Shown: in pieces, positions 1 to 9,064 of the stretch | How positions within the stretch are numbered: the first letter of the stretch is position 1 | How the letters are laid out: each line of letters opens with the position of its first letter | NCBI GenBank assembly: GCA_963762115.1 | Contig: CAVXJH010000006.1 | Span: 480,001-544,000 of the forward strand | Direction: 5' to 3' | DNA length: 64,000 bases | Source: Candidatus Babeliales bacterium | GTDB taxonomy: Bacteria > Babelota > Babeliae > Babelales > JANWKD01 | Translations under genes and position numbers: made by a program | Notes under the pieces: model-generated | What the model was told of the DNA's origin: nothing | Seen by the model: the letters and a program-made list of their open reading frames with translations, nothing else | Database searches by the model: none

Positions 1-2
1 TT

Positions 3-146
3 TTGGAACGCTTTAAACTTCCTCAGGATTATTTTGACACAAGAGCCCAATTATTGGCCGGAATAACCATTCCAATGGTGCAGCAAGCAGTGAGCGCTAT
101 TCTTGACACCAATAAAATGGTGACAATAAAAATTGGTCGAGTATAA
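3..146 (+). CDS. 3' end of a gene truncated by the window edge, probably an M16 (insulinase-like) peptidase C-terminus
   Basis: Open frame LERFKLPQDYFDTRAQLLAGITIPMVQQAVSAILDTNKMVTIKIGRV* resembles M16 C-termini. Confidence 0.5.
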   Translation: MERFKLPQDYFDTRAQLLAGITIPMVQQAVSAILDTNKMVTIKIGRV

Positions 147-162
147 AAAACTGTTGTTTTAA

Positions 163-190
163 TTGCTTTTTGTGTTGTTTTTTTTATAAT
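163..190 (+). promoter_or_regulatory. Putative sigma70 promoter for efp-nusB
   Basis: TTGCTT-N16-TATAAT, followed by a hairpin at ~194-226. Confidence 0.45.
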
Positions 191-272
191 TATAAGACAC
201 GGTCCTTAGTAATAAGGATCGTGCTTTATTGAAAAACAGTTGATATTTTTTTTGGTTAGAAAGGTAATACTT

Positions 273-839
273 GTGATTTCGACTTCTGATTTTAGAAAAG
301 GGTCTAAAATATTATTCCGTGGTGCACCCTATGCGGTTGTTGACTTTCAATGGGTCAAGCCAGGAAAAGGTGGGGCCTTTATTCGTACCAAAATGAAAAA
401 TATGATGACTGGCCTTGTCCATGAAGAAACGTTTAGATCTGGTGAGAAATTAGAAGAACCTGATTTGGAATATCGCGATATGCAATATCTCTATCAAGAA
501 GGTGATTTATACCACTTTTTAGATCAAGAGAGTTATGAACAGGTTTCATTCAATAAAGATCAATTATCTGATGTTGAAAACTTCTTAAAAGAGCAAGAAG
601 TATATACGGTTCTTAATTTTGACGGTAAACCGATTGCGGTAACTCCCACTCTTTTCATGGAATTAAAAGTTGTTGAAACAATGCCAGGTGTTCGTGGTGA
701 CACGGCGCAAGGTGGCGCAACAAAACCTGCAACCTTGGAAACAGGCCTTGTTGTACTAGTTCCTTTGTTTGTTAATGAAGGCGATGTTGTCAAAATTGAT
801 ACTCGTGATTCTAGTTACATTGAGCGAGTAAAGAAATAA
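273..839 (+). CDS. efp: Elongation factor P
   Basis: KPGKGGAF loop, PGVRGDTA, KPATLETG; GTG start at 273 after AGAAAGG RBS. Confidence 0.97.
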   Translation: MISTSDFRKGSKILFRGAPYAVVDFQWVKPGKGGAFIRTKMKNMMTGLVHEETFRSGEKLEEPDLEYRDMQYLYQEGDLYHFLDQESYEQVSFNKDQLSDVENFLKEQEVYTVLNFDGKPIAVTPTLFMELKVVETMPGVRGDTAQGGATKPATLETGLVVLVPLFVNEGDVVKIDTRDSSYIERVKK

Positions 840-909
840 ACCATAATTGATTTGTTAGGAGCCTTCCTTGTCTACATATTTAGGGATTGAAAATAAAGAA
901 GAAGAGGGT

Positions 910-1380
910 ATGGTGAAAGCTGATTTGTCAGATCGTTTATACACTGACTTATCAAGGCGCGAGAAGCGATCATTAATATTTCATCTTTTATATGCTGCAG
1001 AAGCTTTTGATTATCAAAGTTCTTTGGAATCAATCGTTGATAATTTTAATCGGGGTTTTGGGCTTGATATTCCTTTTGAGAGCGATGTTTTTGCTGATGC
1101 ACAAGCAATTATCGAAAATCGCGATAACTTAGACGAAGAATGTAAGCCTTTGTTGAGTAATTGGCGATTTGAGCGTATTGGTATGTGTACAAAACTTATT
1201 TTGCGCTATGCTTTGTGGGAGTTACAATCAACTGATACTAACCCAACGATCATTATTAATGAAGCTGTTGAGTTGGCAAAGTGTTTTGCCGAGAAGGATG
1301 CCTATAAATTTGTTAATGGTATTCTTGATGAAGCATTGAAAAAATTTGGTAAAACTATTCCTGAAGAAATTACTCATTAA
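910..1380 (+). CDS. nusB: Transcription antitermination factor NusB
   Basis: NWRFERIG..ILRYA, IINEAVELAKCF, FVNGILD; start may be 868. Confidence 0.95.
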   Translation: MVKADLSDRLYTDLSRREKRSLIFHLLYAAEAFDYQSSLESIVDNFNRGFGLDIPFESDVFADAQAIIENRDNLDEECKPLLSNWRFERIGMCTKLILRYALWELQSTDTNPTIIINEAVELAKCFAEKDAYKFVNGILDEALKKFGKTIPEEITH

Positions 1381-1392
1381 TTGTTGTAAATA

Positions 1393-1425
1393 AAGCCATA
1401 TTGATCAATATGGCTTATTTTTTTT
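1393..1425 (+). terminator. Intrinsic terminator after nusB
   Basis: aagccatattg/caatatggctt stem followed by a T-run. Confidence 0.75.
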
Positions 1426-1530
1426 ACCTATCTATTTAGCATTACTCTCTAGGTAAGTATTGCCTATTTTTATTTGTATTTGTTATTCTGTTTATAGAAT
1501 TATTATTTTTGTTTTACAAGGGGTAATTTT

Positions 1531-2079
1531 ATGAATTTCAAGCGAATAATAGGTATCAGTTTTTGTTGTGGTTTGGCCATGGTGCTTTATGGGTTGGCAA
1601 GGTATCAAATGGATTATGCAGATGAGCCTGTTGTTGGCGATGGTAAAGATGTCATTCATATTCTTGCTAATCAAAAAGATTTATCAACCTTAGCCGATCT
1701 TATAAAAAAAGCTGGTTTGCATCCGATTTTAGAAAAAGCTGAATCTGTTACTCTTGTTGCACCTACCAATGACGCGTTTAATCGGTTGCGTGATATGTTG
1801 GGTGAAGATGCTTACAATCGAATTATTCATGATAAAAAGCAACTACAAAAACTTTTAAGTCATCATATCATTCCTAATAAAGAATCAACTGATGAAATGA
1901 GTACTGAAGACAAAATAAATACGCTTGAAGGTACATCTATTGGAATACATACATCATCTCAAGGAACATTGCGACTTAATGGTCGAGCATCAATCATTCC
2001 GCAAAGTTCTAATATTGATGCCAGCAATGCATTTATTCATAGTATTGATGAAGTGATTATGCCTGATACGCTTGAGTGA
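1531..2079 (+). CDS. Fasciclin (FAS1) domain protein with N-terminal signal/anchor
   Basis: TLVAPTNDAF, LLSHHII and NAFIHSIDEVI FAS1 motifs. Confidence 0.9.
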   Translation: MNFKRIIGISFCCGLAMVLYGLARYQMDYADEPVVGDGKDVIHILANQKDLSTLADLIKKAGLHPILEKAESVTLVAPTNDAFNRLRDMLGEDAYNRIIHDKKQLQKLLSHHIIPNKESTDEMSTEDKINTLEGTSIGIHTSSQGTLRLNGRASIIPQSSNIDASNAFIHSIDEVIMPDTLE

Positions 2080-2939
2080 TCAGAGGCATTGTTGTTGCTT
2101 GAATTTTTTTTATTATCGAGTGAATGAGTAACTTCAAGTTTTGTTATTTGCTCAGGGCTGATGGTAAGAATTTTTTTTGCGGCGTTTAAAAAAGCGTTTT
2201 CACTGCCGGTAACATAGTAGTGAAGATTAGGTAGTATGCTACTGTTGTTGCAAGCATTTAAAATAAACTGCTGCAGTATGAGTTCATTTGCGCTGATAAG
2301 ATTAAGTGTATTATGGGTTAATCGCCTAATGATATTTTTAATAACGTCATAATGAGTTGATCCTAAAATGAGTGTATCAATTTTTGTATCTAACAAGGGT
2401 TGAATATAGCTTAAAACTAAGGTATCAAGTTCTTCACCTTGATGAGTGCCAAATTCAATAGCAGAAGCCAAAAGTGGGCAAGCTTGTTCAAAAACAGCTG
2501 CTTCGAGGTTGTGGCTAAGAATACTTTTTTTATGCTCGCCACTATTAATCGTAGCTTGTGTAGCAATAATACCTATTTTATTATTTTTAGTGCGCTGTGC
2601 CGCTTCTTGTGACACTAAATCAACGACTCCTACAATATTTTTATTTTTAAATGTTTTTTGCAAATGTTTAAGTGCAAGAGCTGTTGCGGTATGACAAGAA
2701 ATTATAATAGTTGTTACACCTTGCTCAAGTAAAAAATGTACAATACGCTCACTATATTCTTTTATTTCTGCTAATGATTTGTTGCCATAAGGCATGTTGG
2801 CAGTGTCAGCAATATACATGCATTGTGCGATGGGTAGTGAAATAAATTGCTGAAGCACCGTAAGTCCGCCAATGCCGGAATCAAAAAAGCCTATAACACT
2901 TGAAGAATCAAGTATAATTTTTTTATTTTTTATCTTCAT
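2037..2939 (-). CDS. murI: Glutamate racemase-like protein with an atypical active site
   Basis: FDSGIGGLTV, PYGNKS, CHTAT, GSTHY; ATG at 2939 with AAGGA RBS upstream. Confidence 0.88.
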   Translation of the reverse strand: MKIKNKKIILDSSSVIGFFDSGIGGLTVLQQFISLPIAQCMYIADTANMPYGNKSLAEIKEYSERIVHFLLEQGVTTIIISCHTATALALKHLQKTFKNKNIVGVVDLVSQEAAQRTKNNKIGIIATQATINSGEHKKSILSHNLEAAVFEQACPLLASAIEFGTHQGEELDTLVLSYIQPLLDTKIDTLILGSTHYDVIKNIIRRLTHNTLNLISANELILQQFILNACNNSSILPNLHYYVTGSENAFLNAAKKILTISPEQITKLEVTHSLDNKKNSSNNNASDHSSVSGIITSSIL

Positions 2940-3717
2940 GATTGTTTCTTCCTTGGAGTGCAAGACAATAGTGTTGAGTAAGATAAAAATCTTCTTCAAG
3001 AAGTTCTGCTCGGTGATATTCAATGCAATATTCTGGATTTTTATTGTTAAAAAAAGCAATATTCCCGGGTTTTGTAAAATCAAAAGCGGGTAAACATTTA
3101 GGTATTTTGGGTAGCCATTGAGCAATCAAAAAGTGATGAATGGTGTCATGATTTGGTTGCATACTGTTAATGGTCACTGAAATATTGGCAATACGATCAT
3201 GGGCTGGATAAACACGTTGAAATGTGCCAAGAACCGTTTGAACAAAATCTGAATATGAGAAAAAATGATAAAAGTTATTAATTATGTCCATAGCGGGAAA
3301 GTAACTTTCAGGATCAACGGGAGTGCCGAAGGCAAAAAAAGCATTTATTTTGTGGAGAGTGTTTTTTGTTAATAGTTGTGAAGCAAGAATACCTACATTT
3401 GAACCGTGACTATGGGCGATTATATTAATTTCATGAGTAGGTGGAAAACTTTGTATCAAATTTGCAAGTCCTTGTGCGGCATATTCTCTACTTTTGTGGT
3501 TATTTTTACCAGACCAATAATAGGTCATCACTGATGTTGTTTGTGCGTCAACAGATTTTTTTAGGCTTTCAAAAAAATCTCCACCTTGTGAATGCCAACC
3601 ATATTCACTCGACCAGGTGCCGGGAACAATGATATAGACAGTTTGTACTGTATAACAAAGTGGAGAAAAAAAGAGAATGAATAAAAGAAAAATGGTATTT
3701 TGATGCATCATTTCCAA
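2923..3717 (-). CDS. Secreted alpha/beta hydrolase (lipase-like)
   Basis: Signal peptide, VPGTW, nucleophile elbow IAHSHGSN, FGTP. Confidence 0.8.
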   Translation of the reverse strand: MEMMHQNTIFLLFILFFSPLCYTVQTVYIIVPGTWSSEYGWHSQGGDFFESLKKSVDAQTTSVMTYYWSGKNNHKSREYAAQGLANLIQSFPPTHEINIIAHSHGSNVGILASQLLTKNTLHKINAFFAFGTPVDPESYFPAMDIINNFYHFFSYSDFVQTVLGTFQRVYPAHDRIANISVTINSMQPNHDTIHHFLIAQWLPKIPKCLPAFDFTKPGNIAFFNNKNPEYCIEYHRAELLEEDFYLTQHYCLALQGRNNHEDKK

Positions 3718-3782
3718 TAATAATTATTTTAAGATAGGTATTTTAAAATAATTATATCGAAAAAAAAATATTTTAAAAAATT

Positions 3783-3995
3783 CTATTTTTTTTCAAGTTT
3801 TTTTAATGTTTCTAGCTCAAAAGTATCAGTGATTCCTTGGCTATTATTGCTATTCTTTTTTTGTCGACTTTCCCATGCAGCTTGTTCTTTTGCGAGCCTT
3901 ATAAGAAAAGGGGTTTTTTCTTTGTTTGTATGCATTGCTTGAGCATCAACGATAAGAAAAATAATTCCCATGAGAAAAATAGAATGAATTTTCAT
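3783..3995 (-). CDS. Small secreted protein
   Basis: Signal peptide ending AQA|MH; AAAGG RBS. Confidence 0.6.
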   Translation of the reverse strand: MKIHSIFLMGIIFLIVDAQAMHTNKEKTPFLIRLAKEQAAWESRQKKNSNNSQGITDTFELETLKKLEKK

Positions 3996-4086
3996 TGTTT
4001 TACCTTTAGTTTTTTATTTTATTTCAACAATTATGATTGTAATAAAAAATGAAACAAATGAAAATAGATGTAGAGAATTAGAAAAT

Positions 4087-4117
4087 AAAAAAAGGAGCAG
4101 ATTTCTCTGCTCCTTTT
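4087..4117 (-). terminator. Intrinsic terminator after ndk
   Basis: ggagcaga/tctgctcc stem flanked by A and T runs. Confidence 0.8.
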
Positions 4118-4144
4118 AAAATGCTTTATAAAAAAAGTATTTTT

Positions 4145-4555
4145 TTATGCAAGTTCTGGAAAGAACTGTTTAATTTCAATGACTGCTGTTTCAGGTGCAT
4201 CAGAACCGTGAGCAACATTAAAATCAAGTGACTTGCCATATAATTTACGAATAGTTCCTTCAGCTGCTTTTAATGGGTCAGTTGCACCCATTACATCACG
4301 CCATGCTTTAATAGCATTGTCTTTTTTCAAAACAAGAACTATTGCAGGTCCAGCAATGATGTTATTTACCAAGCCACTAAAGAATGGTTTTTCTTTGTGA
4401 ATTGAGTAAAAAGTTTCAGCTTGATCTTTTGTTAATTGTACTTTACGCATGCCAATAATTTCAAAACCGTTATCTTCAATAAAGCTAATAACTGCGCCAC
4501 TGTTTTTTTCAGCAACGGCATGAGGTTTAATAATGGCAAATGTTTTTTCTATCAT
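4145..4555 (-). CDS. ndk: Nucleoside diphosphate kinase
   Basis: EKTFAIIKP, GATDP, GTIR, N.AHGSD catalytic His. Confidence 0.97.
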   Translation of the reverse strand: MIEKTFAIIKPHAVAEKNSGAVISFIEDNGFEIIGMRKVQLTKDQAETFYSIHKEKPFFSGLVNNIIAGPAIVLVLKKDNAIKAWRDVMGATDPLKAAEGTIRKLYGKSLDFNVAHGSDAPETAVIEIKQFFPELA

Positions 4556-4557
4556 GA

Positions 4558-6420
4558 TTACCTTTCATTGCCTGATGATTGATCATTTGAACCTTTACGA
4601 GCTGCAAGCTTTTCAAGTTCAATTTGAAGCAATGATTTTGGTTTTGATCCTGGTGATTGTTGCTGAGGAGCTTGCTGTTGGTATTGTTCAGATGAACGTT
4701 TTTCTTTTTTAGGAGCTCTTTCAGTTGGCTGTGAAGGCATAGCTTCTTTTTTAGCTTTTTTCTCTTTAACGTCTTCGTCATCAGTTAATTTAAGACTTAA
4801 GCCAAGCTTGTGCTCTTCTCTGCTCACTTTAATAACTCTGAAAGAATATTTTTGTCCTACGTTCAATATTTCATTAACATTTTCAACGTTTTGTTTTGAA
4901 AGTTCAGAAATATGCACGAGGCCTTCAATACCAATTGGCAATTTAATGAATGCGCCAAAGTTAGTAATCTTTGAAACTTCGCCTTCAATGATTTTGCCTA
5001 CTGGGTATTCTTGTTCAATCATTTCCCAAGGATTTGGTTGAAGTTGTTTGATGCCCAATGAAATTCGTTTATTCGCTTCATCAATTGCTAGAACAACTGC
5101 TTCAACATCTTCACCTTTTTTATAAATATCGCTTGGATGAGTAACATGTTCTGTCCATGATAAGTCAGAAATATGTACTAAGCCATCAATACCAGGTATT
5201 AGCTGAACAAAAACACCAAAATCAGTGATATTGCTGATGCTGCCTTTGATCTTTTGACCAATCTTAAATTGTTCACCGATTGCTTGCCATGGATTTTTTT
5301 GAAGTTGTTTGATACTGAGTGACATTCTTCTATTTTCTTTATCCATAGAAACAATAAGCACTTCAATAACTTCGCCAACTTTGAAATGTTTATGTAAGTC
5401 ATGAATTCTATCGGTCCATGAAATTTCGGAAATATGAACGAGTCCTTCAACACCTTTTTGAATTTCAATAAAGAGGCCATAGTCGGTGATGCTGGAAATT
5501 TTGCCTTTGATTTTTGAACCAATGACGAAATCATCGCTAATATTTGCCCATGGATTGTCGGTTAATTGTTTCATGCCAAGTGAAATTTTTTCATTGTTAG
5601 GATCGAATGAAAGTACTTTGACAGAAATTTTGTCACCAATCTTCAACAATTCGCTTGGATGTGAAATACGTCCCCATGTCATATCGGTAATGTGAAGAAG
5701 ACCATCAACGCCGCCAATATCAATGAATGCGCCATAATTAGTGATATTCTTAACGATACCTTGAATGACTTGATCAACAGTAAGGCCATCAAGTACCTTC
5801 TTGCGGGATTCTTGGCGTTGATCATTAAGGAATTTACGGCGTGAAATGATTACATTACCACGTTTTTGGTTAATTTTTATAATGTAGGCAGTAATGGTTT
5901 GATTTACATATTGATCAAAATCATTTACGCGTTGTACGTCAACTTGTGATCCTGGAAGGAACGCAGGTACGCCGATATCAACACTAAGTCCACCGCGAAC
6001 CTTATGGGTAACAATACCTTCAACAGGTTTGTTTTCTTCAAATAGTTTGCTGATTGAATCCCAAGCACGTAATGCTTTAGCTTTTTCATATGAAAGGCTT
6101 AAGTTGCCTTCTATATTTTCAATTTCATCAAGGATGACTTCAATTTCACAATTTGGTGTTAATTTCTTAAATTCGTGTTCTGTAAACTCATAATGAGGAA
6201 TTTGGCCAAAAGATTTGTAGCCAATATCAACCAAGACGCCATCAGAATCAGCTCTTATTACTTTGCCGATAACGATTTTACCAGGTTTGAAGAGATCGAC
6301 AATGCCTTCATAGAGGGAGGCAAGTTCGTTATGTTGCTCTTGGTTTAACTGAAGCGCTTCATCAAGCGACTCCTGTTTAACATGAGCAAATTGATTACTT
6401 CGTATTATTTCTTTTGACAT
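4558..6420 (-). CDS. rpsA: 30S ribosomal protein S1
   Basis: Six S1 repeats (GAFIDIGGVDGLLHITD etc.); ATG at 6420 with AAGGAG RBS. Confidence 0.97.
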   Translation of the reverse strand: MSKEIIRSNQFAHVKQESLDEALQLNQEQHNELASLYEGIVDLFKPGKIVIGKVIRADSDGVLVDIGYKSFGQIPHYEFTEHEFKKLTPNCEIEVILDEIENIEGNLSLSYEKAKALRAWDSISKLFEENKPVEGIVTHKVRGGLSVDIGVPAFLPGSQVDVQRVNDFDQYVNQTITAYIIKINQKRGNVIISRRKFLNDQRQESRKKVLDGLTVDQVIQGIVKNITNYGAFIDIGGVDGLLHITDMTWGRISHPSELLKIGDKISVKVLSFDPNNEKISLGMKQLTDNPWANISDDFVIGSKIKGKISSITDYGLFIEIQKGVEGLVHISEISWTDRIHDLHKHFKVGEVIEVLIVSMDKENRRMSLSIKQLQKNPWQAIGEQFKIGQKIKGSISNITDFGVFVQLIPGIDGLVHISDLSWTEHVTHPSDIYKKGEDVEAVVLAIDEANKRISLGIKQLQPNPWEMIEQEYPVGKIIEGEVSKITNFGAFIKLPIGIEGLVHISELSKQNVENVNEILNVGQKYSFRVIKVSREEHKLGLSLKLTDDEDVKEKKAKKEAMPSQPTERAPKKEKRSSEQYQQQAPQQQSPGSKPKSLLQIELEKLAARKGSNDQSSGNER

Positions 6421-6593
6421 GTAAAAGATACTCCTTGGAGTAGTGTGGTTAAAGGGGTTAAACAATTCAAATATTAATTAGAAATAGGGTATCATTAAAT
6501 TGCTTAATTGGCAAATTTAACAATAGCTAACTTTGAATTATTTGCACTTTACAAGATTTATTTTTGATTGATTTATAAACACTATAAGAATAA

Positions 6594-7493
6594 TTAATTT
6601 CCCCTTTTGTCGCCAGAATTGTCATATCTTTCTAGTAATTTAATAACTTTTGTAATAAAATTTTGAAAATTTGATGGTGGTTCGTCTAATTCTCGAATTA
6701 TTTTATGGGTGTAATGCAAAGGGCCAGAGGGAATAAATTTTGCATTTCCACAATTAAAATGATCATAGGCAGGACAGAAACAAACTGGCAAGGGGATACC
6801 TTTATTGATGATAGCTCCCTTTTTTAGTAAAAATTTTAATCTTGATAGTCTTTTCTTAAAATCTTTATTTCTTTCAATAAGAGATTCGATGATATTATTT
6901 GGTAATGATATTTTTTTGCTCAATAAAAAAGATACAGGTTCAGTTGAATCGAGATATTCACAAGCATTTTTCATGAGTTGTTCAGAAGATACAATGTCGG
7001 TATATTCTATGTTTGGGCCCCAAAAAGATCTTTTTGCCGAACTTCCTTCTACTATTTTTTTGTATTCTTGATCAAAAAACTTTAAAACGGTTTTATCTTT
7101 TTCATTGAGGTATTCATGCATAAGCATAGCATGTACTATCGTGGCTTTTTCATACAATTTTAATGTTTCATCTTTATTGTTTTTAAGATTGTTGGTTGCG
7201 ATATAGAGTTGTAGTTCTAGTAAATCATGTGCAGGAAATTGTTGAATGGTTTTTGATAGAGAATATATGTCTTGGCATGAAATATGTATTTTAAAAAGTT
7301 CTAATGAAAGTTCACTTGGCAATACAACATTTTCTAATTTTTCCATTGATTCGCTGTTTTTATTTTTTGAAAAACTTTTTATACATAATTCTGTTAAGCG
7401 AAGAGGTTGTTTTAATTCATTCATCGGATAACAATTAAAATTATGGGATATCCCAAAAAGCAAAAGAAAATAAAGATGATTATTTTTTAACAT
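6594..7493 (-). CDS. Secreted hypothetical protein with a BC-box-like motif and a degenerate ankyrin-like region
   Basis: Signal peptide; RLTELCIKSF..LPSELSLEL; LKFLLKKGAIIN. Confidence 0.55.
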   Translation of the reverse strand: MLKNNHLYFLLLFGISHNFNCYPMNELKQPLRLTELCIKSFSKNKNSESMEKLENVVLPSELSLELFKIHISCQDIYSLSKTIQQFPAHDLLELQLYIATNNLKNNKDETLKLYEKATIVHAMLMHEYLNEKDKTVLKFFDQEYKKIVEGSSAKRSFWGPNIEYTDIVSSEQLMKNACEYLDSTEPVSFLLSKKISLPNNIIESLIERNKDFKKRLSRLKFLLKKGAIINKGIPLPVCFCPAYDHFNCGNAKFIPSGPLHYTHKIIRELDEPPSNFQNFITKVIKLLERYDNSGDKRGN

Positions 7494-7505
7494 AGTTATA
7501 CTTTC

Positions 7506-8678
7506 TTATTTTGAAATAGTTAGTTTTTTTAAAATTTTATTAAGAATAATGATTAATCCTCCATCGCTCATGACATTTGCTGCTGTTCCGAAACTATCCT
7601 GCAATAAATATAGTGTGTGGATGATTCCCTCCATAGCAGGATCAAATCCTAAAATAGAACGTAAGAGGGGTAATATTACAATAATACCTCCTCCTGGGAC
7701 TCCAGAAATGGCAAACATGGCCATGCAAAAATAAAAGATAAACCAAGAAAATGAGAGTAGCGATGGCAAAGATCCTGTGAAAATTAACATAGTCATTAAA
7801 GCAAACATGGGCACCGTGATAGCATCGCCCGTAAGATGAAAATTGGCCATAATTGGCACTGAAAGATCAACTAATGCATTATCATTAACATTTTTTTTAG
7901 TAACATTTAAGGTAACTGGTATAGAGGCAACACTTGACATAGTGCTAAAGGCAGTGAAGTAACTTGGTAAAGCATTTTTGAGTGCATGAAAACATTTGTT
8001 ATACGAAAAACCTGAACCAATAAAATAGAGCAAGGTTATATATAAAAATTGTAGCAATAGTATGATAACAAAAATTTTACCATATTGAGTAAAGAGGGCA
8101 GCAAATGATCCTTCATAGTGGAGTTGCAGCATAAACCCTACAACATACAGAGGGACACAGGGGATAAATATTTTTACAAGAAATTGCTCTAATAGTCTCT
8201 TGCAATAGTTAATTGATTTTTCAACGGTGCTATTGTGTAGGTAAGAAAAAAAACAACCGGTCACGAGCGCTGCGAGCATTGCATTTTGCGCGCAAAAGGG
8301 TAACGGTATGCTTAATGAAAAATATGGTTGTAATATTTTTGTGGTAGTTTCAAAATTTTGTATGGGTTCTTGGTGAAGAAACCCTAAAACTCCATTACCA
8401 ATAAGTGTGGCAAGAAAGCTTGCAAAAAGATTAGAGAGTACGATAGCTAATACTATAATGCTTAACACGAATGGAACGCTTTTTCTTTTGAAAGAAAAAA
8501 TGGCCGCAACGATAAAAATGAAAACCATAAAAGGAACAAGGGCTGCCAATAATTCTTTGAAAAGCAAACTAAAGGTATAAAAAGCTCGTATGCAAAATAA
8601 TGGTAGAATATTGCCAAAAATGATAATGCCACATGCAATTAATAATAATTGTACAGGCAAAGAAACTTTACTGTTCAT
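7506..8678 (-). CDS. DAACS family amino acid:cation symporter, probably for neutral amino acids
   Basis: AFSTMSS.ASIP, GVPGGG, DSFGTAANVMSD; multiple TM helices. Confidence 0.88.
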   Translation of the reverse strand: MNSKVSLPVQLLLIACGIIIFGNILPLFCIRAFYTFSLLFKELLAALVPFMVFIFIVAAIFSFKRKSVPFVLSIIVLAIVLSNLFASFLATLIGNGVLGFLHQEPIQNFETTTKILQPYFSLSIPLPFCAQNAMLAALVTGCFFSYLHNSTVEKSINYCKRLLEQFLVKIFIPCVPLYVVGFMLQLHYEGSFAALFTQYGKIFVIILLLQFLYITLLYFIGSGFSYNKCFHALKNALPSYFTAFSTMSSVASIPVTLNVTKKNVNDNALVDLSVPIMANFHLTGDAITVPMFALMTMLIFTGSLPSLLSFSWFIFYFCMAMFAISGVPGGGIIVILPLLRSILGFDPAMEGIIHTLYLLQDSFGTAANVMSDGGLIIILNKILKKLTISK

Positions 8679-8820
8679 AAAGATCTTTCTTTATTTAAAA
8701 TATGTATAACAAATCTTATCAGCAACAAAATTATTTGATTAAAGGTAATAATCTTCTCAAGTTGTTGATGAATGAACTTAGTATTAAAAAAATGATTGTG
8801 GGGAAAATATATATACTGCC

Positions 8821-8961
8821 TTAGGCAGTTGTAGTTGTAGTTTTTGATGTTGCTTTAGTTGTTAAAGCAAAGAATGCAGAAAAAATAGAAGTATTGATTA
8901 CTTCTTGATTGCGAAAAATCGGTAGAGAGAATTGGGCGTTATCTAGTTTAAAGCAACGCAT
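8821..8961 (-). CDS. Putative Thr-rich leader peptide (46 aa)
   Basis: AAGGAG RBS; MRCFKLDNAQFSLPIFRNQEVINTSIFSAFFALTTKATSKTTTTTA*; lies upstream of the symporter. Confidence 0.7.
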   Translation of the reverse strand: MRCFKLDNAQFSLPIFRNQEVINTSIFSAFFALTTKATSKTTTTTA

Positions 8962-9064
8962 TGCAAACTCCTTATGTTTTGCAAAAAAAATACATTTATT
9001 AAAATTATATTGTTTCTACAAAAATAAGTCAATTCTTTTTTGTTATATTTCTAAATGGAAATTA

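Noticed and set aside
2940..3125. N-terminal extension of murI in the ORF track
   Set aside because: Overlaps the upstream hydrolase; an RBS supports ATG 2939.
3720..3760. AT-rich inverted repeat upstream of the hydrolase
   Set aside because: Expected by chance at this base composition.
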